A DNA stretch of 64,000 nt, from positions 26,970,001 to 27,034,000 of the forward strand of contig OX597822.1 in NCBI GenBank assembly GCA_951406725.2, read 5' to 3'. Below, piece after piece: positions 53,463 to 64,000 of this stretch. Position numbers and translations under genes: made by a program. A model generated the notes under the pieces. That model worked only from the letters and a program-made list of their open reading frames with translations. It searched no databases and was not told the origin of the DNA. How positions within the stretch are numbered: the first letter of the stretch is position 1; the number at the start of each line of letters is the position of its first letter. The stretch is from Octopus vulgaris (lineage: Eukaryota).

Positions 53463-54296
53463 AGTTTATGTAATCGACCGCCTCTCCCTGCAAATTTCAA
53501 ACCTTGTACCTGTAGTAGAAAGGATATTCATTAGTATTAGCACATTTGGGGATCAGGTATCAGAGACTGCTAAAATATAGTACCAGAGAATTAGTGGAAT
53601 CGACATAATTGCAGAACTAGTAGACGCATTATCGTGCCCGAAAAGAAAAAAATATTGCTTAGTAATATTTCTGCAACCTTTACGTTCTGAGTTCAAATGC
53701 AGCCGAGATCGACTTTGCCTTTCATCCTTTCTGGAGTCGATAAAATAAGTACGAGTTGAGTACTATGGTTAGTGTACTCGACTAAACTCCACCCCTACAA
53801 CAAAATTTCAGGCCTTATGCCTTAGTAGAAATGATGTAGTTGCCTATACGATCCTGTGAGTAAGGATCAGGCCAGTCTACACCACGACGCAGTTTCAAAT
53901 CCCAGTCAATGCTAGAGCACCTGCGTGCGTAATTACAACTAACCTTGGAAAGCAATGAACGCTCGACTCTGTTTTATGTGTAGCTATGTGCCCTGGAAAT
54001 CAAATGTATTTCAATATTTATGAATATAGTTACTTTTACACACACACACACACACAGAAAAACAAATACTTCAACGGTATCCCAGTAACACAAGCTATAA
54101 TGTGGCATTACTATTCAAACATATTACACGTTTATTATTGCAGTAATCGCAGTAAAATAGCTATAAAACATTGATAAGCTGAACTCTGTGATCTGGTTTG
54201 AAGAAACGTCTTTACTCCTCTGTAGCCTACTGAGATACAATCAAGTATCCATCCTATAAGTAACTAGGTTGTTGATGAACGATGAAAAATCAAATC

Positions 54297-54505
<209 letters not shown>

Positions 54506-54726
54506 TTACTAGTTTCATCTTGTCTCTTTGTTTTCTCTCCGTTTTGCGATATGGACAATTAAGGTGGTTTTAGAGTCAGATCATGGTTGCTATTTTCAGT
54601 ATGGTGGTATCTCGTAGATACCCTAATTTATAATTTTAATAATTATTACCTATGAAGGTTATTTTTTCCATGCTGGCCACTTGAAAAAATCGTTATTTTA
54701 TTTTAAATTAACGATCTTATCCTTAT

Positions 54727-54762
<36 letters not shown>

Positions 54763-54994
54763 CATCGTGATCACCGTGACCGACCAGGCTATCAGATGTT
54801 GCTACACATCCCTGGTCACAATGCGCTTCGCATTGTTTTAGCCTTCAAATGACGCTACCCCGCTTGGCTAAGTGAGCAGGCCAATACACACACATGTATA
54901 TATATATCGATCAAAGTAATTTTTCGTGAGTTTGTGCTAACATACTGTGATGCTTCGGCTTGTTTTTGATATTTTATTATTAGTAATAATTACA

Positions 54995-55445
54995 GTCGGT
55001 GAGCTGGCAGAATCATTAACAAGTTGGACGAAATGCTTAACGGTTTTTCGTCCGTTGCTATGCCCTGAGTTCCAATTCCGGCGTGGTCGACTTTGCCTTT
55101 CATCCCTTCGGGGTCGACAAATTAAGTACCAGTGAAACACTAGGGTCGATGTAAATGGTTAGTCCCTTTCCCCACCAAATTTCAGGCCTTGTGCCTTTAG
55201 TAGAAAGGATTATTAGTAATAATTATAGGAGGCGAAGTGGCAGAATCGTTAGCACGCTGGAAAAAAAATGCTCAGTAGCATTCGTCGGTCTTTACATCCT
55301 GAGTTCAAATGCTACTGAGGCCGACCTTGCCTTTCATCCATCCGGAGTCGATAAAATAAGTACCAGTTTAACACTGAGGTCGATGTTATTGACTTACTCC
55401 CTTCCCTGAAGTCCCTGGTCTTGTATCAAAATTTAAGATCATTAT
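54995..55445 (+). mobile_element. Two tandem Meta-like SINEs
   Basis: Two heads (gagctggcagaatc-like) and two bodies. Confidence 0.8.
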
Positions 55446-56395
55446 TAGTAATAATTATTATGCCTAGAGGCTCCTTAACCTACCACACTCGGTCCCTCAT
55501 CCGTAATGCGGCCACATTAGACACAGGGCAATATTTTCTTGCTTATTTTTTTTTTCTAAAAAAGCGTATCTTAAATGCCTGCAAATACTGGACGTCATTC
55601 ATGAATTTCAAGGACACTTTGAAGAGAAGACTAAAGCTGCTGCATGGGCAGGTATGTTGCTGCATCCATGCGATCTGAAATGCTGATATAAATGATTATC
55701 GAAATCAACGTCATATTCATTAAAAAACAAAAGGCTACAAATAAGTGGCTCAATATAATTTAATTATATTTCATACACAGATATAATAATAATCCTAACC
55801 ATGTTATTTTCCATTTCCGGTGAATTGATGTATTATTAGGTTTAAAAGGCATCCCAAACCTTCCCCATTTACTCCCACATTCTTGCTTTCTTACTCTCTT
55901 TCTCGCTTTATTTCCTCCTCTCTCTGTCTGTTTCTCCCTGTCTCTCTCTCTCTCTCTGTGTCTCTGTCTCCGTTACTCCTCTTCTACATTCGCATAATTT
56001 TTGCATACACACTATCATCATACAAAGACTCATGTAAACACGTATTTTCAAATGAAAACAAACTTACAAAATCATATTTTTCATTATTAGTTCTTTCAAC
56101 TACTTTGATAAAACTAGATGTTTTCTATTTTCGATAAAAAGACAAATAAAATTTTTGAAAAAAAAATAAAAGATATGCCTAAGATGGATGTTGTAGCATT
56201 GAATCATTTCTAAATTTAAGTTGTCACGGGATATTGAAGAACGAACAAACAAACAAAAATATCACAAAACAATGCAAAAATACATTGACTGAGAGAGAAG
56301 AAACATTTTCACAAAATGGCGTCTAGAAAATATTCCAACGAGACATCAACGAGACATGGCGGCACAGTCGGTGATAAAATAATTCATATATATAC

Positions 56396-56445
<50 letters not shown>

Positions 56446-57383
56446 GCATATATATGAATGATTGCATTGTCTTTACGTTTGTTGTTTTCATGTTTTTTCT
56501 GTTTTCCCTCCCAATTTTTCTTTCTTTTTCGTTTATGTCGTCACACAACACCAGGAGCAACACCGCTGCCACCACTACCCTTACAACCACCACCACCACC
56601 ACCACCACCACCACCACCACCACCACCACCACCACCACAAAGAACTACAGTACTTGCACTAGCTCCAACATTCAACCGCCGCCACGGACGCAACCAACAC
56701 CATTACCCCCACTACCGTTACACCTCAACCCCTACCACCACCACCACCACCATCACCATCACCACTACCACATCTGCTGTTACTGTTGCTGCTGCTAACA
56801 TCAATGTTTTCGTATCAAACTTTGGAATTCGATCCTCGGTGTCCATCCATTTTGGTTGTAGATTGTCGTAAGATGATTTATCATGTAATAATACTTAATG
56901 ATCGTGTTGTCGTTGTTGTTGTAACCATTTCTGTTGCTGTTGTTGTTGTTGCTATTGGTGTTATTGTTTATTATCGTTGTTGTTGCTTTTGATATTGTTG
57001 CTGATGAAGGTGATGATGACGACGACGATGACGACAACTACAACAACGACGACGATTATGATGATGATGATGATGACGATGATGGCAGTAGCGGCGACGA
57101 TGATGGGTTTTGTGGTGTTGATATTCGAAATTGTGGTCCGAATTACTTTGGAATGATGGTACTATCCGGATTAAGTAGCGTTGCTGAGGGAAATAAGTGG
57201 TGATTGCTTGCTGTGTGGTTAAGAAGCCCACTTTACACCGACATAGTTTTGGGATGAGTACCCCACCGTGTGTTACCTTGGAGAAGTGTTTTCTATAATA
57301 GACCCGGGCCATGAATGCCTTAGGAATGAATTCGATAGACGAAAACTGATTGGAGGCCCATATATATATATATATATCATATG

Positions 57384-57421
<38 letters not shown>

Positions 57422-58195
57422 AATTTTTTTTCAGAATGAGATAAAAAAAAAACCAAGGCTGTGCAGATTTTAGAACATTTATAGATAGGTCTTACAGCTG
57501 TTTCCAGGATATTAATTATATCTCTTCATCGGAGACGGCGTGAGACGATGGTTAAGCAATAGTTAATTTAGATAGGATACGAAATAGAGAGTAAAGTTGA
57601 GGAATGAACATAGATGTGAGATATGCAGGGATATTGCGTTTGTAGACCCATTATTTAGGCAGAATGGTATACAAATAAGATTACAATACCTTGTGAGTAA
57701 ATTCCAATAGCATTTAGAATTGGTCATTGTAAATTCCAGTTTGGTCATTCCAAGTATAGATTTTGTACATAGTGCTATTTAATCGAAGGTTTTATTTAAG
57801 GTGACCTAAAAGTAAATAAAACCTTCGATTCAATAGCACTATGTACAAAGTCTATACTTGGAATGACCAAACTGGAATTTACAATGACCAATTCTAAATG
57901 CTATTGGAATTTACTCACAAGGTATTAGAATCTTATATGTATACCATTCTGCCTAAATAATGGATCTACAAAGACAATATCCCTGCATATCTCACACCTA
58001 TTTTCTTTTGTTTCCTCCACCTAACTCTCTATTTTATATCTTATGTAAATTAACTATTGCTTAACCATCTTCTCACACCGTCTCCGATGAAGGGATATAA
58101 TAAATATCCTAGAAAAAGCTGTAAGACATTCTATTTATAAATTTTCTAAAATCTACTCAGCCTTGGTTTTTTTATCTTATTACGGAAAAAATTTC

Positions 58196-58197
<2 letters not shown>
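57422..58197. mobile_element. Fold-back hammerhead element (family E), ~375-bp arms
   Basis: Arms 57422-57798 and 57813-58197 around a ~14-bp spacer. Hammerheads at 57489-57536 (-) and 58080-58127 (+). (TA)n flanks. Confidence 0.9.
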
Positions 58198-59580
<1,383 letters not shown>

Positions 59581-60399
59581 GATGTCTGTTGAAAAGAAGT
59601 TTTCTTTCCACCCACATAGTTTCGGGTTCAGTCCCATTGCGTGGCAGTTTAGGCCATTCAAGGCCTTGTGAGTGCTTTTGGCAGAAGGAAACTGAAAGAA
59701 ATCCATCGTATATACATGTGTGTGTCTTTAAGCTTGTGTGCTTGTATCCCAGAACACATGACACATGTAGCAGACCGGCAATAGTAATCGAGAATCTACA
59801 GACTTCAATCTAAACCAAACTAAACTAACATAAAATAAAATAATTTGGGGTTGTTTATTTTTTACGACTAAACCATTCAAGGCGGCGGCGCCCTGCATGG
59901 TCGCAATCTAATGATTGAAACAAAGAAAAGATAAAAAATTTACGATAAAAAATGTACTTGAGAAGTTATTACTTTGTCAATTGAAAGAAAAATATGGCGA
60001 AGAATGACGTTGATTATGGTGGAAATGATGATTGTATGAAGGTAGGTGGTCTACAGACGAGGTTAGCGATTGTTTGTTCGGAATGAAGGTGCAAATCGAA
60101 TCAACACAACTTTTTGTTATTTCAAATGATTGAAAGACGAAAACGCCCAACTTGAGATTGCAGATATTAATGCAATTGGTTGATAACAATGTGTTTTAAG
60201 ACGTGTAGATCCGTTTTTGTTATCATTTGTTATGAATGCGGATCTTTCGACAAATTTTCGTAACTAGATGAAGGATATGACCTATTTAGAAAATATGGAT
60301 TTCTTCGCAATTCTTCACACACATATACACACACCAGCCAAATGTTTATACGTCTACATATTCGTTGTATACGTGTATTAGTACATATATTTGTAGTAT

Positions 60400-60740
60400 G
60401 ATGCTGAAAGGAGCACTCTCAGAATGATGGAGGCCTTCCTCATAAACAAACCGAGACCAGTCATTAACAACAGCAAGGAACTACACGAAGCAGACTGGTT
60501 GCTATAGCAACACCAGTCTGTGCTTGTCATCTTCCTCCTTCCTCTCCTACCTCCTTCTACCCCCACACATCTGAGCAATGATTTTTCGCAGCTACCGCAT
60601 TTGCTAATTGCCCTGAAGAATGGGTCTTCACCACGAAACATCGAAATACAAGGTACAACTGCAACTTTTTCTTTCCTTTTCCTTTCGTAGTTCACTTTGT
60701 ACCTTCTGGCATTGTTCTGATCTTACATAAAACCCTTCTT
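60400..60740 (+). mobile_element. Penelope-like element 3' end: GIY-YIG C-terminus, 3' UTR and hammerhead-like motif
   Basis: 60400-60507 encodes DAERSTLRMMEAFLINKPRPVINNSKELHEADWLL* (R..EA..I....P.IN motif). CTGAAGA-ATGG gtcttca CCAC-GAAA-CA-TC follows at ~60613-60642. Confidence 0.75.
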
Positions 60741-61108
60741 TAAAGTTATACCTCACAAGGCTTCACCAGGACTACCTAGAAATAAACTATACAACGCGTC
60801 TTTTCGTTTCCCAAGACGGTAACACGTGATTTAAAGGAAACTTGACTACTGTTTCTAACAGATCGAGAGACAAAGAAGACGCTCCCTTGTTGGCTCGTGT
60901 TGAACTTCCTTGTTGGCTTCAATCAACGGTAAAGGGAAAATACATGGTAGGGTCTCTATTACCCAATTCAATTTACATACACTGTTGATGTATTTACCCC
61001 TCCCTTTTATCTTTCTCTCTTTATCCTTCTATGTCCCTCTTCATTAAAATCAATATTACCGCGTGTGCATCGACTGCATTACTGTAGGTGTCTGTATGTA
61101 CGCACACA

Positions 61109-61147
<39 letters not shown>

Positions 61148-61438
61148 CCGCACATACACAAACACATATGTAGGGGGACTATTATATATGTGTATAAATG
61201 TATATATTTATATATGGATAAATAAATACTTATATATATATATAAAATAGATAATATATGTATACACACACACACACACATATATATATTGTTGTATTTA
61301 GGAATGGCCATTTTACCAGTTTAGCCAATAAAAACACACGCACTATATTGGCTAAACTGGCAAAATGACCATTCCTAAATACATCTGTTTCAATACACGA
61401 TTTCACACCAAAAATCTTGCAAAACAAATATATAAACG

Positions 61439-61496
<58 letters not shown>

Positions 61497-61500
<4 letters not shown>

Positions 61501-61897
61501 TCTTTTACTTCTTTCAGTCATTTCACTGCGGTCATGCTGGAGCACCGCCTTTAATCAAGCAAATCGAACCCAGGACTTATTATTCGGAAGCCTAGTACTT
61601 ATTCTATCGGTCTCTTTTGCCGAACCGCTAAGTGACGGGGACGTAAACACACCACCATCGGTTGTCAAGCGATGTTGGGGGACAAACACAGACACACAAA
61701 CATATACACACACATACATATATAAATATATACGACGGGCTTCTTTCAGTTTCCGTCTACCAGATCCACTCACAAGGCTTTGGTTGGCCCGAGGCTATAG
61801 TAGAAGACACTTGCCCAAGATGCCTCGCAGTGGGAATAAACCCGGAACCATGTGGTTGGTAAGCAAGCTACTTAGCACAAAGCCACTCCTGCGCCTA
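61497..61897 (-). mobile_element. Full-length CORE-type tRNA SINE (OR2-like)
   Basis: Homologous to 7093-7506 and 10397-10810. Confidence 0.9.
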
Positions 61898-62570
61898 TTA
61901 TATATATATATTAGATGCATATATGGGTACAGGACGTCACAAACAGTAAACAACATAAGATATGAAAGCAAATGAGTTCAATACGCAAACAAAGATGGAA
62001 ACAAATGGAAAACAGGACAAGTAACATAAAGAACGACCCTTCATCAGTTGTCGGCTGTCTATCTACTCCCCATTTCAAGCATTGAACGACAGATATACGT
62101 ATGTGTAAGTATGTACATATATACACACACACACACAAACCCGTGTGTATACGCATGTATGTATACATACATACAAGTATATATATATATATATATAGAA
62201 TCATTTTAAATAATTAAGAAAGACATTCTTTATAATCATTGTTTGTTCTCTACTTTGCCTTTTGTTTGGTGGTTTGTATTATTTTTACAGCTGAACGGGT
62301 TTGTTATTGCAGTAGAAACAGGATAGAAACAAAAAGGAAGCAGAAACCAAAATTGACATTGAAGCCGATCTTGTCTATATTAGATATGTAAGCTCTTTCA
62401 CTGGAATTTTTTTCTTTAATCAAAATATGATGTTATCTATTGATAATTCGAAACAAAATATTGATTAAACATATTCGGAATTCATTTGTTTATTTGTGTA
62501 TGTATGTATGTCTGTATGTATGTATGTGTATGTATGTATGTATGTCTGTATGTCTGTATGTATGTATGTG

Positions 62571-62604
<34 letters not shown>

Positions 62605-62790
62605 TGTATGTACGTATTTACGTACGCCTGCAAATACGTATATAGATATATATCAAATATATATATATGTAAAATAATATTTGTATACGTGTATAATACA
62701 AGCACAAAAGCGTATGTATAATACACACACTCCCCCCCACACACATGCCAGGAACAATTGTAGAATAATAGTTGTATGTGTGAATGCATG

Positions 62791-62827
<37 letters not shown>

Positions 62828-62934
62828 GTGCTCATGCATGCATACATCCATACATAGATGCATACACACACATACATACGCGCGTAATATTTACATAATA
62901 CTTACATACATACATTTATATATATGTATGTATA

Positions 62935-63110
62935 TGGAGGCGCAATGGCCCAGTGTTTAGGGCAGCGGATTCGCGGTCATAGGGTCGCGGTTTCGATTCC
63001 CAGACCGGGCGTTGTGAGTGTTTATTGAGCGAAAACATCTAAAGCTCCATTAGGCTCCGCCAGGGGTGGTGGTGATCCCTGCTGCACTCTTTCACCACAA
63101 CTCTCTCTCG
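62935..63110 (+). mobile_element. tRNA SINE (third family), 3'-truncated
   Basis: tggaggcgcaatggcccagtg..cggtttcgattcccagaccggg head. Confidence 0.85.
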
Positions 63111-63195
63111 CCCTTTTGGTACTAAGCTGCAATAATTTGGTACTTTTTTGAAATCTTTTCGTTTTATGTAAAAATGTAAGTTTACAGCATATGTA

Positions 63196-64000
63196 CGAGG
63201 GGCATTCAATAAGTAATGCCCCTGACCCACTTGCACTTGTTTGATCTAGCTGAAATTTTGCATGTGCAATTATTTATATCTCTATAGATTAAGTGGAAAA
63301 TTACACCTCTGAACTAATTGTGGTTTCTGATTTACAGGTGTTTGAACTGAGTCAAGTGTGAAATGGAGCCTGTTGAGTGTCGAGCAGTGATTCGGTTTTT
63401 GTATTTGAAAGGACTCACACCACAGGAGACTTTTGATGAAATGAAAGTAACTTATGGTGATGATGCCATCATATGACCTTGTAAAACGCTGGCATCGTGA
63501 ATTCAAACATGGTCGGAACTCTGTGGAAACAGCTCCCAGATCTGGTCGCCCCCTTCTGCCATTGATGAGGCATCTGTCCGTCAAGTTGAGGCTGCCATTT
63601 TGGAAGATCGACGCATAACTATTCGCCAAATAGCCCATGAGGTCAAGATTAGTACCGGGTCTGTGGAAACTATCATTCATGACCATTTGCATATGAAAAA
63701 GGTGTCTGCCAGATGGATTCCCAGGTTGCTCACACCTTTCCAGAAGCAAGAATGCGTCGATTGCTCGAGGATGAATTTGGAGATGTGCCAAGAAAATGAG
63801 TCAAATTTTTCAAAAGACTGATTACACAGGATGAAACCTGGGTCCATCACTATGATCCAGAGACCAAAGCCAGTCAATGCAGTGGAAGCACCGTGACTCA
63901 CCTCCTCCAAAGAAGGCAAGGGTGCAGCCCTCCGCTGTCAAGGTCAGGCTCACAGTCTTCTGGGACCAGGACGGAGTAGTGATGACAGATTTCCTGGCAA
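63196..64000 (+). mobile_element. Mariner transposon with frameshifted transposase (runs off the window end)
   Basis: TA-CGAGGGGCATTCAATAAGTAATG left end. ATG at 63363 then MEPVECRAVIRFLYLKG..RSGRP..ARWIPRLLT..ITQDETWVHHYDPE..VFWD, with several frameshifts. Confidence 0.92.

Noticed and set aside
60378-60695. 105-aa minus-strand ORF as a host exon
   Set aside because: It is antisense to the Penelope-like 3' end and has no convincing splice signals.

Overview
AT-rich, microsatellite- and repeat-dense animal genomic DNA. The tRNA-derived SINE families and repeat landscape point to an octopod cephalopod, probably Octopus; this is an inference from recognised repeats, not a database result. The window is almost entirely intronic or intergenic. 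Only one convincing host coding exon is visible (minus strand, 19138-19375, NAGNAG acceptor, product not recognised), with a possible upstream first exon at 26081-26119. Nearly all listed ORFs are microsatellite artefacts. Mobile DNA includes several tRNA-SINE families, Tigger/pogo, mariner, hAT, Mutator-like and piggyBac-like elements, and relics of R4/Dong, RTE, Tx1-like, Helitron and Penelope-like (PLE) elements. The most striking pattern is a set of head-to-head inverted (fold-back) insertions from at least five sequence-unrelated families. Their arms carry minimal type-I hammerhead-ribozyme motifs, usually with a short palindromic stem III, and one arm often has an extra 3' tail. One family has a tRNA-derived Pol III head and is flanked by a single 10-bp TSD. 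Two families show compensatory changes at the hammerhead 3:8 core pair. Decayed autonomous PLE coding sequence (RT thumb plus GIY-YIG) lies in the same window. All structures were read by eye; none was computed or tested.
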